A DNA stretch of 64,000 nucleotides from Diadema antillarum (lineage: Eukaryota), in NCBI RefSeq assembly GCF_040938485.1, contig NW_027271532.1, positions 558,001 to 622,000 of the forward strand. Direction: 5' to 3'. Position 1 is the first letter of the stretch. Each line of letters begins with the position of its first letter. Below the pieces are notes generated by a model. The model was not told where the DNA came from, ran no database searches, and saw nothing but the letters and a program-made list of their open reading frames with translations. Positions 1-13,500 of this stretch are shown here, one piece after another. A program made the position numbers and the translations under genes.

Positions 1-47
1 ATAATTCTAGACATTAAGGTCAAGGACGAAAATGAGATACAACGCAC

Positions 48-647
48 TTAAAGGGGAATTCTCGTGCAGTTGAAAGTTAGTCTGAAAAAGAAGGAGTAAA
101 AAAATTTAGCACATAAATGAAAATTTGACCAAAATCGAAAGGAAAATACGGAAGTCATGAGGTTTCGAAGTTTCGCTAATTTTTCGAGAAACAATTCTTG
201 AACAGGCCATATGAATATGCAAACAGTAAAGTGATGATGTCATCCCCTCACAACTTGCTATACATTTTGTACATAAAAATGTGAAATTTTCAGTTTTTCA
301 TTAAAACGCTATTAATTGCGCCCCATAGATAGTGAACTCATGATGTCTAAGTAATCATTGTTTCAAAGTTATACGATCAGGAATAACATCATGACATACA
401 CTTTGATAACGGATTTTTTTTTTGTCACTTTTTTTATACGATCAATGGAAAATTGTAAGGTGATAAAATCATCTGCTCACTCATTTGCATATTAATATCA
501 TCTGTAGGAGAGTAATTAACAAAACTTCAAATTTCATAACTTTCCTAATTCTTATCCTATTCTTACTAAATTTTCATTGTTGTACTCGGAAGACTTTACT
601 CTTTCTTATCAAACTTACTTATAACTGGACTGGAATTCTCCTTTACA
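48..647. mobile_element. Non-autonomous DNA transposon (MITE), TTAA-AGG type, Kolobok-like
   Basis: Left end TTAAAGGGGAATTCTCGTGCAGTTGAAAG matches the reverse complement of the right end (GTAAAGGAGAATTCCAGTCCAGTTATAAG). Imperfect inverted similarity continues inward; no ORF. Confidence 0.75.
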
Positions 648-1459
648 GGTGAGTGAAGTTTTCGACCTTCGGTCAACGAAAGAGTCAGAAATCCAGAAAC
701 CAAGTGGAAATCCCAACTTGAGTTACAACCAAATATAACAAGAGATAAGAAAACTCGCCACCGTTAACTTTTGCAAAATGGAGTCTGCTTAATGAGACTA
801 TAGCAAGCAGGCGGAGCAAGATAAGGTCACGCGTACTTTGTGACAGACAACACTGTAGACAACGAAAAAGCAGAAAAAGAAACCGCCACAAGAACCACAA
901 AATGATATCCCTGACGAAGAGAAAAAAAAAAGAATCTGAGGTGGGAGGGAGAGAAAAAAAGAGTATAAAGAAAGAGAGGGAGAGTGAGAGAGAAGGGGGG
1001 GGGGGGGGGTAAGAGAGAAAAAGACACAGAGGGAAGGGATTTTGTGACCTTTGACCCCAATAAGTTTTCTGCTGGTAATCTCAGCAGCTCCCGTCACGAT
1101 TTGAGTCGAAATCTCGCGCCCTGCTGCCAACTATTTTCTCGGGGAATCTCTATCGGTGCGAAGTGTGAAGAGTGAGTACCTTGTGCGGTTTCTGTCTCTC
1201 TCTTCTGCCTGCCCTTTTGCCTCCCCCGTCCCCGGTCCGTCTGGTCGAGGTTTCTGTCACCTCGCTGTGTTCATAAGCGGCATCGCCCGAGAGTTGGCAG
1301 AAAAGTTCTGGCACCCCCATACGGCACCCCCCCCCCCCCCCAATCCAAACTCCCACCTCCCCAATCCGCGGGCCAACTCGATTTCGGGAAAATGGCATCT
1401 CGGGAACACAGCCAGCTTCAAATTCCAGATAGAACGGCTGGTTGATCCCCCCCAGTGTA

Positions 1460-1601
1460 NNNNNNNNNNNNNNNNNNNNNNNNNNNNNNNNNNNNNNNNN
1501 NNNNNNNNNNNNNNNNNNNNNNNNNNNNNNNNNNNNNNNNNNNNNNNNNNNNNNNNNNNNNNNNNNNNNNNNNNNNNNNNNNNNNNNNNNNNNNNNNNNN
1601 N
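1460..1601. other. Assembly gap or masked run (142 N)
   Basis: Run of N in the sequence. Confidence 0.99.
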
Positions 1602-2648
1602 ATAAGTAGTAAGAAAAATGAGTAGGAATAATATTTCATTGTAATATGCATAACTTATGATGATTTTTATGGTCGAATGTTCAAGGCGTGTTGGAATGGC
1701 GCCATTGCACAACGGTAGCTAAACTGGCAAATTCTGCCTCAAAGACCGAAACTGTGATATCATATTATCACAATAAAGGAAGATTTCAATGTAACAGGAA
1801 AATCTCTTCGAATAAAACCAGTTCCCCACAAGAATTAGCTCAACACACATTGTTTTGACCAAAATCCCCTACCACCCCCCCCCCCTCGAAAAATATGAAA
1901 CGTTTTAAAGGTCTTCCGGCAACCATGTAGGCCTATTTTTCATCGGCGCACTCTTTAATAGCACTCCCCCAGTAGAGTTACATTTCTCGGCTCTTGATGA
2001 AGAAAAAATAGTGCCTTTCTCACTCAGTCATCGCACGTGAGAGACCTGTGATATTCTTCTAACTGCACACAGAAACTTTTAGTTATAGAGAAAATAAAGA
2101 GTGTCTTATTATCAGAGCTAATGCTCGTAGCGTTGTTCAATGTACTAGTGATATCGTAACAGTGACATCGCAGTCACGTTACTAAGACAGGTCTTATTTC
2201 ATTTTATATTCCATCAAGTGTCCACTATGATCTATATTAGAAGAGTTATTGGCCGGAATTTGCCGAGGAAGTTTACAGCTATAGTCCATTAAACTAATAT
2301 GTAAATTTTGATTGAGTATACAAAAAATGTGCATGACACGTCGTGTAGACCAACAGACAATTTCATAGAAGAACGCATGCACGCTATTAAGCATGCACGC
2401 CACGTTTTAATCCGTTATAGACTATATAGCCGAAGAACCTGGATTTCATATCAACTACATATTACATCTTTGTGAATGCGGACAGTTAACTTTGTATTTA
2501 GCTTCGGCAACATCCTTACACAGATTGTCAATGTCACTTTCAGTTGGTTAATACTGTCGAAGGCAAGCGTTGTGGCCGCTGTTCTAGAACTGTTGCATAG
2601 TCTTAAGAGTATAATGCTTTGTTGTTATACATCTAATAAATATCTACT

Positions 2649-2885
2649 GGCATATAGTGGATAAGACTTTTGACTTTCTGATCGGAGGTCCCAAATTCCC
2701 ATCCTACCAAATGCCTACGTCCGTGGACAAGATGTTTTCACCTATTTTCTCTCTCCCTCTCGACCCAGGTGTTACAAATGGGTACCCGGCAACGCTAGGG
2801 TAATAATGATGGCAGGGCCCTCTGGTAGGGTTGTGTATGGCAACATTGAAGAGGCTACCCTGGATAAAGAAAACCATAATCATCT
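2649..2885 (+). mobile_element. tRNA-derived SINE, degenerate copy
   Basis: Aligns by eye with 6893-7130. Shared CTCTCGACCCAGGTGT.A.AAATGGGTA, GGCAACGCTA, ATGGCAGGGCCCTCTGGTAG and TGAAGAGGCTACCCTGG; decayed A-box head. Confidence 0.85.
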
Positions 2886-3415
2886 TTTATACGAATTCAA
2901 TTTGAATTGATATCATTTTCCCTTGGGCGTGAACTGGTATTCTCCTCAATTCTTCTCTTTTTTTCCGGGGGGGGGGGGGGGACCAATCTGAAGATTGGGT
3001 TCCGTGACTGTCGCAAAATGAGAGCATTTCATTTACAATGTCGTAATTCAGGTTTGCAGGTACGTTTCTGTGAAAAATGTTATCGAGGAAAATAGAGATT
3101 CAAGGTGACTGTGCAGTTTGAATAGTAATATATAATCATGTCGAAGCTTTATGGCTTTGCTAGGGTAACATACTGAAAAGGTGGGAGCTTGAACAGTGCT
3201 GAGCCCCGTTTTATCAAAAGATTATAATCAATTATAAATTTCCTTACCACACAGGCTGCCATAGACTTATGATATAAATTAACTATATAGTCGATTATAA
3301 CTCTTCGTAAACATGATAAAACAGGGCCTTGATCTGTCAAGAACTGATGAAAAGGCAAATAGAAAAGGTTACTGTCTCTTTCTCTCTCTCTCCCTGTGGG
3401 AGGTGGTCAACATTT

Positions 3416-3786
3416 TTAAGGCATACTAGTAGTTTACCTTTGGGAGCAGTGATTTGAAAAATGTTCGAGATTTCACGTTTCATGCATATGTTGTAGATCA
3501 GTTGTATCACAAAGCATCCTACATGTAAAGTTTGTGCAATAAAGCCTTAAATATAAAGGAGATATCACAATTTTTCTCAATAAACCGTAACTGTAGACGG
3601 TTTAGTCTAGAAACGTTTTATTATAACTATTGTTCACATTTTGTATTTTTAACAATACTTAACATAAATTATACTGATTAAATTTTTACATTGGTTGCTT
3701 CTATCCCTAACTCACATTTTAGAACTATTTTGAAGCACTGAAGCTGGGTTTTTGTTTCATTTGCACATGGTAAATTAAGCCTTTAA
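3416..3786. mobile_element. MITE, TTAA-flanked, Kolobok-like
   Basis: TTAAGGCATAC..TTTACC at the left and GGTAAATTAAGCCTTTAA at the right form imperfect terminal inverted repeats with TTAA on both sides. Confidence 0.7.
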
Positions 3787-4409
3787 ACAAATATAAGTTG
3801 AGGACTGTAAAAAAAATACAGAATAAATATCAAAGTACTGTATTCAATTTTATGCTTTTCCATCTGCAAATCAAAGGGGAGGATCGAGTAACACGATAGC
3901 TACGACCCCGTCGTGGGTATGGTCGATATAGAAAGTTGACCAGTTTTGCCCGCTTCAACGAATGTCACTCTCATGGATCTTACTGCCTTGCTAAATCTAT
4001 TTCTCGTCGCTTCAAGTTAGATAAAAAAGTTACGTCATGTTTAAACATGTTAAAGTGCACATGGTACGCAGCGAAATAACCGCTTTCCATATGAAGAATA
4101 TTTAAGTTTTTGTGTGCCACCATGATAAATATGTTCTCGACAGCCGTAAGGTTTGCATGCCTTTGACCTGCCAGTTTTGCCACACGTAGCAACAACGTCT
4201 AATGTGTGAACTCCGATTTCTAGATAGTATCGAAGTTTATTCATCAGAGCAGGTGAACTGAATGACTTGTTTCTAGGGTCCGGAGGGACGCAATTTTGAT
4301 AAGTATGAATACATAAATTTAAAGTGGCCTGTTTGTACTTCTAAGCCCGTAACCGTCAGTTGGCTGTCATTCCTTCATGCATATTTTCCTATCACCCTTT
4401 GTTCTCTGC

Positions 4410-4504
4410 TTTATCTGTCTATCGTGAATTCTTCATTGAAATCCCTTTCTTTGAACATTTTTATCTGCCTATGCTGAATTCTTGATGATAAGTCCCTTTC
4501 TTTG
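4410..4504. repeat. Imperfect tandem duplication, about 50 bp x2
   Basis: TTTATCTGTCTATCGTGAATTCTTCATTGAAATCCCTTTCTTTG followed by TTTATCTGCCTATGCTGAATTCTTGATGATAAGTCCCTTTCTTTG. Confidence 0.7.
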
Positions 4505-6318
4505 TAATTCGATTCTTCTGCTTTGGTCGTCCAGTTTTCTCTTCACTTTTATATATTTCCCTCTCCTCGCTCCATCTCTTCCCTTCATCTCTCTCTTCGT
4601 CCTTCCTGTTCTTATTCCTTTCTCCTTCTTTCATCCCACACTTTCCCCATTCGCCCTCTCAGTCTATCTGCCTATCTGTCTATCTCTCTTTTCTTCCTTT
4701 GTTTCCTACCTCCATCTTTCCTTCCTTTTCCCATCTTCCCGCCTTTTTCCCCCCTCTCTCCCCTCTCTCTCGCCCTTTTTTCTTTATCTCCATCCTATAG
4801 ACTCCCCCTTTCTCCCTCCCTCTTCCCTGCGCCCGCTGCGGCCGCTATCCTTGCATGTGAGGATCGATGGCCTACTTCTGGCTGCCGCCGTAAGTGCCGC
4901 TGCAAACTTGTTCGGGCGCTGGAAGCAATAAGCGACATTGCCGTTTTTAATCAAATATTAATAATCCGGTGAATGAGTGATTGGAAATGCAGGCGTGACC
5001 GAGGGGCAGGTGTTGTCATTTCAATTTATGAGGATCTTGTAAGCAATAATCCGGGTTCCCCTTTTGTGTCCTCTCTCCCTCGCTCTCCCTCTCTCTTAAC
5101 GTCTTGTTGCGTCGAGTATCGTATCATAACGCCATTTTGTCTCTGCGGAAAACTTCAACTATCTACGAACATGTCCTCTAAATCGTCATGTCTTCTGCTT
5201 TGCTTTTAAACAATGCGAAGAACCCGGATTAAGGCGCGCAATTCGTAGAGCGCTCGTCATTTCATTCAAGTAAAAGCTGACCAATCCTAACGCATCCCAT
5301 CTTATAAGTTGTTACGTAATAACAACCTGGAAATATCCAGATACTTCATTAGACATCTCATCTGAACTTGCCTGAGTAATAAACTAAGGTAACCAAGATG
5401 GGTACACCTGTCGTATTGTTTCTAATTTTCATCGCATAACAGATCAATAATCATTCATGCAGGAGTTGTTGCTGCAAATTCTCTGTCTAGATCAGGGGTT
5501 GTCGACGGCCTATATTATTTGCTGCTGAGGGATACCGTAGATAGAGGTCGGTACATACTCGGCGGAAATTGTCGATTTGCTGTCATTGAAGACTAAGTAT
5601 CAGGACGATATCACGAATATCACCCAGAGAATTAAGCTAACTATATAGTAATAAAACTTGTTCCGAGTTACTTGTGTCTGCTGTGTTGAATACGTTTTGT
5701 CGCTTGTATACCAAATTTGATTCGATGAACATTCTAATTTCGTATTATGAGATGACGTGCTCTAGTGGCTTGCTATACTGCCTTCAATAAGAGCTTAATG
5801 AAATCAAGTACAGCAAAGAAGTAGAATTCTATACCATAAGTAACATTAATAAAAGATCGATAAAAATCTAAAACACTTTGGGAGAGCATGAAATTTTAAC
5901 TGTTGAAGATTTGCTGGCCCTTTCCAAACATTTAATTCTCAAACAGTTGATATGAAAATGCACATGAGTAAGGTGATGATGCTATCAGCTCAAAATTTTC
6001 AATTGATTGACTGCTATAACGCTTTTAACCATTATGGTATTCCTACTGCTGTATAACATCAAAGTATAAGTGACATATATAGTGACAAATAGATTTTAGA
6101 CGGGGGCATAATTTGCACGTGTCTAAACTTAAAAATAGAAGGAAATTTCTTTTTCTGATAGCATAACATGACCTATGATATAGTTTTGTTTCGATCGGGG
6201 CATATCATACAAACCCACTCGATCGGACGTCGATTATGACAAAGCCAAAAAATTATGGCACCCAACTTTATATCATTGAAGTATATAACAGGAAATCAAT
6301 GATAATGATGATGATAAT

Positions 6319-6495
6319 NNNNNNNNNNNNNNNNNNNNNNNNNNNNNNNNNNNNNNNNNNNNNNNNNNNNNNNNNNNNNNNNNNNNNNNNNNNNNNNNNN
6401 NNNNNNNNNNNNNNNNNNNNNNNNNNNNNNNNNNNNNNNNNNNNNNNNNNNNNNNNNNNNNNNNNNNNNNNNNNNNNNNNNNNNNNNNNNNNNNN
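6319..6495. other. Assembly gap or masked run (177 N) next to an ATG/ATA repeat
   Basis: Run of N. Confidence 0.99.
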
Positions 6496-6892
6496 ACTGG
6501 GGTCTTCTCATGAGCCGTGTGTGTTACACACGTGACACAGTGACACTCCTGCACGGCTGAAAGGTGGAACCTCTTTTTGACATTGCCTCATTAGGTAAGA
6601 GCCATCCTGCACGATCGAAAGAAAATAGTTATTGGAACAAAAGGTTTGGAGTTTCTTCAATGCAGTATAGTTATAATGGAATGTGTAATCATTCAAAAAA
6701 ATAGTCAGTTGAATTCGTGCACTATGAACCACATGCAGGGAGACATAGAAGGGAGATAGAGAAATTGATTGATATACAGTTAAAAAAAAATCTTTAATAA
6801 ACGTTGAGCAAATTGTGAATGAGGTGTGAATCCCGTGTGTATTACATAACACCGAGTTTCGTAACGTTGATTTCGTAGCTGATCACGTGGCT

Positions 6893-7215
6893 GGGGCGCT
6901 GTGGCATAGTGGATACGACTCCCGATTCCCAATCGGAGGGACCCGAGTTCGATTCCCGCCCAGTGCTTACGTCCTCCGACAAGTTATTTTTACCCACCAC
7001 GCCCCTCTCGACCCAAGTGTATAAATGGGTATATACAGTACCTGGCAACGCTATGGGGTAATAGTAATGGCAGGGCCCTCTGGTAGAGCAGTGACAATAC
7101 TGAAGAGGCTACCCTGGTTAAAGAAGACCTTATTATCATTATTGATAAAAATAGCGTTGTTATCATGATGATGATGATGATGATTATTATCATTATCATT
7201 ATCATTATTATTATC
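6893..7215 (+). mobile_element. tRNA-derived SINE with central domain and ATT/ATC/ATG tail
   Basis: Pol III A box TGGCATAGTGG (6902-6912) and B box GAGTTCGATTC (6945-6955) in a tRNA-like head; body shared with 2649-2885; simple-repeat tail. Confidence 0.85.
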
Positions 7216-7456
7216 ACTTCCCTTCTCGGTCAAACCCATAGTGAGCTGGTGTAAGCATGATAATAATAGACATGATAACATATTATATTATACCAGAGCA
7301 AAATTCATATCAGTAGCATCCTACAAATAAAAACATTAAGAAAACAAAACAAAGCTAACATAATGGACAAAAGGGAAAAGCAAATCACGTGTTCTTCGGC
7401 GAAGATAATAGTCATAATTCGTAAGAGAGGCAAACTCAGTCTTTACTATCTACCAG

Positions 7457-7500
7457 AATTACAAAATTATAGTGACCTATCTGATAACAAGCTTCAAAAG
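7457..7500 (+). CDS. Candidate small + strand exon, (E)LQNYSDLSDNKLQK, LRR-like DLSDNKL
   Basis: Acceptor TCTTTACTATCTACCAG and donor AAG|GTGAGT; alternative acceptor TATAG gives a 28-nt exon from 7473; no partner exons confirmed. Confidence 0.3.
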
Positions 7501-7607
7501 GTGAGTGAAAGCAAAAAATAAAAAATAAAAAAATAAAAAAAATAAAAGTTATACTGTAAATATCATCAGCAAATTCTACTCTGAATGTAATAGGAGTGAC
7601 ACTGTAC

Positions 7608-7623
7608 ACCACACACACACACT

Positions 7624-7651
<28 letters not shown>
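7608..7651. repeat. (CA)n microsatellite
   Basis: Direct. Confidence 0.95.
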
Positions 7652-7654
<3 letters not shown>

Positions 7655-8187
7655 TATAAATATATACGTCTATATCATAAACCCACAAAAAGTAGAGATA
7701 CTGAGACTGTGATTGTCAAAACATGTTAATAGATCGCCGCTTGCATGTAATCGGTGATCTTATCTTTAGTAGATCGTAAACTAGGCCACATCAGGAAGTG
7801 GAGAGAGAAAGAAAAGGGTAATATAGTGATTGATAAGTACAGAGAGAGAGAAAGAAAAAAAATGGGGATGTTTAAGAGAGGAATATTGGCAAGCCACTAT
7901 CCTCTCATAAATCAAACGACATTATATTATTTGTTTATAATAATCCTGAATACGGTATGTGTGTACTTTTCATGAAAAAAAAAGATTTTGTAGATTTTTC
8001 CTTGTAATTTCTTTTTTTTTGTCCAAAATGTCGTCATGAACACAAAACTTTAACAAATCATAACTTTTGAATCAATTGCCCGATTTTCGTCAAACTTTCA
8101 CAGATATGTGTTGCTAATATTGCTGCTCTAACTCAATCCACATCGATATGTGGGCTCCGGTTTCCGTTCGATTCATAGTCGCCAAGC

Positions 8188-8656
8188 TTAAAGGAGACCT
8201 CCGGATGATTTTCAGACTTTTACATATGAACAACTATAAATAGGTTATACTGGGTACAGAGTTTCAGAATTTATAGTGATTGGGATGAGGAAAAAGAATG
8301 TTTTCAAAATTCATGACAAATCACAATGAACAAGGATGATGACATGGCAGCCTCACTATCACAATGCATGAGTAGGGGCTCAAGGAAGCAGAACAAAAGA
8401 AGAAAGCATACATAAATTCTACACAGGTGGACTCGTTATGCACGTAGTATTGTAATGGTATCACATTGCTACATTTCTGAAGTATGTTAGACTCCTATGT
8501 CATCATCACTATTCAGTGTAATTTGTTTTTGGTTTTCCAGAGTATCGATTTCTCTGCTAAAGGACCACAATAAATTCCACAAATCTATCCGTGGAGCTGT
8601 TGATTTATATTCTCCATGATGTGAAATTATGAAAATCGTCTGGAATGCCCCTTTAA
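8188..8656. mobile_element. MITE, TTAA TSD, Kolobok-like
   Basis: TTAAAGGAGACCTCCGGATGATTTTCA versus reverse complement of the right end TTAAAGGGGCATTCCAGACGATTTTCA. Confidence 0.85.
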
Positions 8657-9104
8657 GTTTGTATCATCATCGTGATTACACCCTCCTAAAACTCTCATAC
8701 GGTGACCGGGACATGAAGCTATCTTCTCATAAAGGCACCGGCACTGAGGACTATACAGATCACTACCGGCAGTGACAGACACTCCCCTCGTGCAGAAATG
8801 CAACAGGAGATGTTATACTGGAATGCTCACGTTTCTGACGGCTAAGCCCGTAACCATAGCTGGTAGGGTTCAGTTATTAAACCCTATTGAAATCTTTAAT
8901 TTAAAAAAAGGCGCCCCTTTTTTTACTGAATTCCTAGATCGCTCCTGATATTCACGACAATACGGAAATAATGGTATCAAGCTTCATATCATTTGAGATT
9001 TGAAATGATTCAGATACTATGATTTCTAGAGAGTGAGGGGATTGTAGTGATCTTTGTGAAGAAAGCAGTTGGAAGAGTTTGGTAGTGAAATGGGCCCAGC
9101 GCCA

Positions 9105-9213
9105 TTAATGAATTAATTAATTGATTAATTAATTAGTTAATTAATTAATTCCTTAATTCCTTGATTCATTCACCATTCATTCATTCATTCATTCATTCAT
9201 TCATTCATTCATT
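9105..9213. repeat. Compound (TTAA)n/(TTCA)n microsatellite
   Basis: Direct. Confidence 0.9.
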
Positions 9214-10453
9214 ATCTACTATCTTAAAAAATGTTTTTAAACAAGTCCATTCATCGTATAGAGCAAAATACAACCTTTTCAGTGGTACCTCACTAATGTA
9301 ACAGAACAATGACCATTCTTGTTATGTGTAAAGCTATGATAAAGAAATCCCATATTTTCTTCTTCTTTATGTATGCATTTTATTTTTCCAGCTTTAATCG
9401 CAAATATCTTACCCTCAACAAGAATGAGTTCACTCGATTTGAGATGAAGCTCTTCAACTTGAAAATCTACAAAGAGACGACACGTCATTGCATTATCATT
9501 CTTTTTTATACAATGATAGCTTCTCATCTGCGTTTCAAGGGAACAATTGAAAGTTCATATAAATTACATATAACTTTCGCTTATATACTTGAAACTTTAA
9601 ACATACTGTTTTATTGATTTCACTCAAGTATATAGTTAAGCATGTCTGCCTGATATTGTAGTGGTCTTTTTTTTCTCTCTCTCTCACTTTAAGGTCAAGA
9701 CTTTTATAGGAACTGCCGATGAGAGGTACATACTCACGAGTTATAGGCCAGGATCTGTGTTTGTGTGTATGGGAAAATTAGCTGTCTACATGTTTTTCTT
9801 TCCTTTGTCACTTTGGTGCAGTCTCTGTGTTTTTTTTTTGCATTGGTATATCAACTTTGATTTTTGTGTGTGTTTTTAGATACTTGTAACTGTATGTCAA
9901 GAAGTATATGCATTTTGTAGAGAAATTAATCAGACAGGAGATTACAATTTTATATGTATGTGTTTGTTTGTTGTTTTTTTTTAAAGCAGTGCAGTAGATT
10001 ACATGTATATATAACAGCAACTGTGCTCTAGATGATGATGTGATGTAAATTGCTGCAAAACAACTTATTGTTTGCAGGAGCATTATACAAATGTTATCAT
10101 TATTGTAATTGTAATTGTACCTGGACACGTGTTGATGGTATCTGATGCTGCACGAAATGGGTGTATCAACTAACGGTGTTCACTCTTTCAATCAATCCTC
10201 TGGCTCAACCTCTAATCACAATATACAGTGCACTTCCTGCTTTAAAGAATGCTTTCAAAATGAAATTTTGCTACAACAAAGAAAAAATTCAGGCCAAAAA
10301 AATTATCATCTGTATAAATTATCTTTGTATACGTTATTTGTTTGGCTACAAAGAAATTTCAACAGAACGAAACAAATCTGCCGGTCCCGAGGACTTTTTT
10401 ATTTAGGGAGTCATCTAGTGTGTATAATATGTACATGTACATGTACACATACA

Positions 10454-10586
10454 NNNNNNNNNNNNNNNNNNNNNNNNNNNNNNNNNNNNNNNNNNNNNNN
10501 NNNNNNNNNNNNNNNNNNNNNNNNNNNNNNNNNNNNNNNNNNNNNNNNNNNNNNNNNNNNNNNNNNNNNNNNNNNNNNNNNNNNNN
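10454..10586. other. Assembly gap or masked run (133 N) flanked by CA/TACA repeats
   Basis: Run of N. Confidence 0.99.
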
Positions 10587-13500
10587 GAGTGTAAATACAC
10601 ACATCCACATGCTTTCACACATCATTAGCTTCTTTCCTTGTCTCTTTCTCTCTTTCTGATAGGAGACACAAAAATAAAGCACATGTTAACATGAGAAAGC
10701 CCTTTTTGTTGATTGACAATCTTCAAAAATAGTTTTAATCATCAGAATTTCTCCCTTTTTTTGTACTCGCGATCGCACAAACAATGTCCAGCATAACATT
10801 GTGTTTTACATGCACAGCAATACAAGTATTTTTGAACACCACTAGAAACAATCTTATGGAACTCTTTTGCAAGTCAGTTTTTTTTTCCTATCACCAGTTT
10901 TCTTTAAATATTACTCTTACCAGAAAACCAATACAGTAAAAGTGTTTGCACACCCAATCCAATGTCTGCATTACAATGAAACTTGAGGTAAAACATAAAA
11001 CCAGATAGAATTTTACAAAATATTTACCAGTATAACAATCAACTGGTGGAGGGGTAAGGCTTACAAAAACCACATTACCTTCATGGATTAAATTAATCTA
11101 AAACTTTGAACAATAAACCAAATAAAAATGATTTGCATAAACTATTATAGATACACAAATAAAAGAATACTAAAATTTCTGAAACACGAGAATAATTCAA
11201 TGCTTGCTCTGATTTCTCTACACCATGAAAAATCAAATAACTGTCTTTTACTTTTATAATTTTTTTTTTGTCTTGGAAGTCTGCACAAACAGTTTTCTAA
11301 GGTAAAATTGGCAGGGGCAATCAGCTCAATCAAGAATAAAAACTTACTATGAAACTGTTCTTTTGGAGTTGAGTTGAAAAAAACAAAGGCATTACACATA
11401 AATACAAATGTGCCTTTACGAAAGAAAAAATTGAAACATTTACATCTGGCCCTTATAATTTCTCTAAGATAATCTTTGTGGAAATGTTTCCAAGTTTGGT
11501 TACTGACAGAATCAACTGTAATTTTTCACGTACAATAGAAGCATTCCTACCACTTACAGAGAAACAAATGCATTTTAAACCACAAAAGTTCAACTTGGTC
11601 GACAACTTTCAAATAAAGAAGAAGGAAAAAAAAAACAAAGGAAAAAAAAAATTGGAGACTTGGTACAAAAACTTGACCACAATGATTACTGAGTGCAAAT
11701 GATTTATGCATACACATTTTCCAGGGAATATGAAGGGAATGGGTAAAGTTATCCTTTTAGAATGGTCGCTAGGAAACGCCCTGGAGAAGAAATACACTTT
11801 CTTTCTCTTGACCATATAGTTATATATGTTATAGAACATATTGTAGGTGAAGAACCAGCACTCGATAACTCCACAGGTGTTGCAGAGTCATGGCAAGTTC
11901 CAGTTCAATAATATTGGGGGGGGGGGGGGTGGTGCACATTTTATCTACGTATCAAATTCTATGACTGTTGCAACAAAAAATCTCAGTGTAAAATCAAATT
12001 CAAATTTCAAAGTAAATTCTAAAACAAGGTTAAAAGAGAAGTGATGTGAAAAAATTATTCCATACACATCTGAAGTAAAAGAATGATTAATGTCTTCCTA
12101 CCAAGAGGTGAAAAATACAGGGGTTTACACATTCCTTGACAAAGGATTACACACTGGTTACATCAATTCACATTGCAGACAAAAATCAAACATGAGATAT
12201 ACTATGTCTGGAACCATCACAGAACTATGTTTACCCTCCTATGGTTTGAAAAAAAAAAAAATCCTGATTTTTTGGGTGAATAACGAAAGACACTTATGTT
12301 TGGAAAAAAAAAAACGGATAGTATGCTTCCATCTTTTGTTTAATCCTTGGTTTCTACCTGAGCCTTTCAAAAATGATAATAATAATCATAAAAATGATTT
12401 AAAAAAAAAACACCACACAGGCATCAAAACCAAGGAGCCTGGATAGTTTTCAACAGTAAAAGAAAATGACAAATGAATGTCTTCTTTTTGAGAACCCCTT
12501 GGGGCTGCTTGCCATGATTGAAGTCTGGTGACTGTAGTGATGAAACGTGAGTTTACGAGTCCGTTTTGTGTGTCCGTGCTGTTTTCAATGAAGAGATCAG
12601 AATTTCCTTAGGTTAACACATCACATGGCATATAGATTTCTGTATATATATATATAATTTGTTCCACAAGTGTGTACAAAGATACAAGCATGCATGTGCC
12701 AACGTGTGCTACAGCCACTTATACACTGAACATGAACACAACCTTCAAAGATGAATCATATGGTATTTTATCTTTTTTTTGGTTTTTTTCTTCTTCATAG
12801 TCCACCAAAGAATTTCTAATAACACCAGCCGCAGCAGCAACAAACATCATCATTTTCATCAGTGTCATCATCATCACCACCATCAACATCCTCATCATAC
12901 AAGAATAGAATACAGGTTACATTGGTCAGATAAGAATTAAACTTATATATAAATATGTACAAGAATTATCTTTGAAATCGGCGACACAAAAGAAAGATGT
13001 TTCTGCTTGCCTCTACTGTCGCAAGAACGCAATGACAGTTTGTCTACGAGGAAATCTAAAGGATGCTCAAGGCGAAACGCCGTTTAGCACTTTGCCAGAG
13101 ATAAATCAAATGCAGAGAGAAATAAAAACAAAAAAAATAAGTGCCTAAACGTGTTCATACCTCATGAAGATGATGTAAACTTTTTTTTTCTAAAGCAAGA
13201 TAACACAAAATTTTGAATGACATTTACAACAAAAATATAATCTGTACATATACCCACTTTGTTAAATCAAAAAAATATAACAAAGCAAGTTCTCTCTTTT
13301 TACAGTAAGAAGAAGAAAAAGGAGTTACAGACTGCAAGTATTAGAGTATAAGCTTCATTTCCAATACTCCCAAGGTATCTTAGTTTAAAAAAAGAAAAAA
13401 AGAAGGAGTTCCACAGACAAGCATAATTGTCTCATGCCAGATTTGATATATGAAGTATCAGGATGTGACCTACATACATGTTCATGTCACCAACTAATAA

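Noticed and set aside
6893-6965. Possible functional tRNA-Gly(CCC)
   Set aside because: Acceptor stem does not pair well, and it continues into a SINE body present in a second copy
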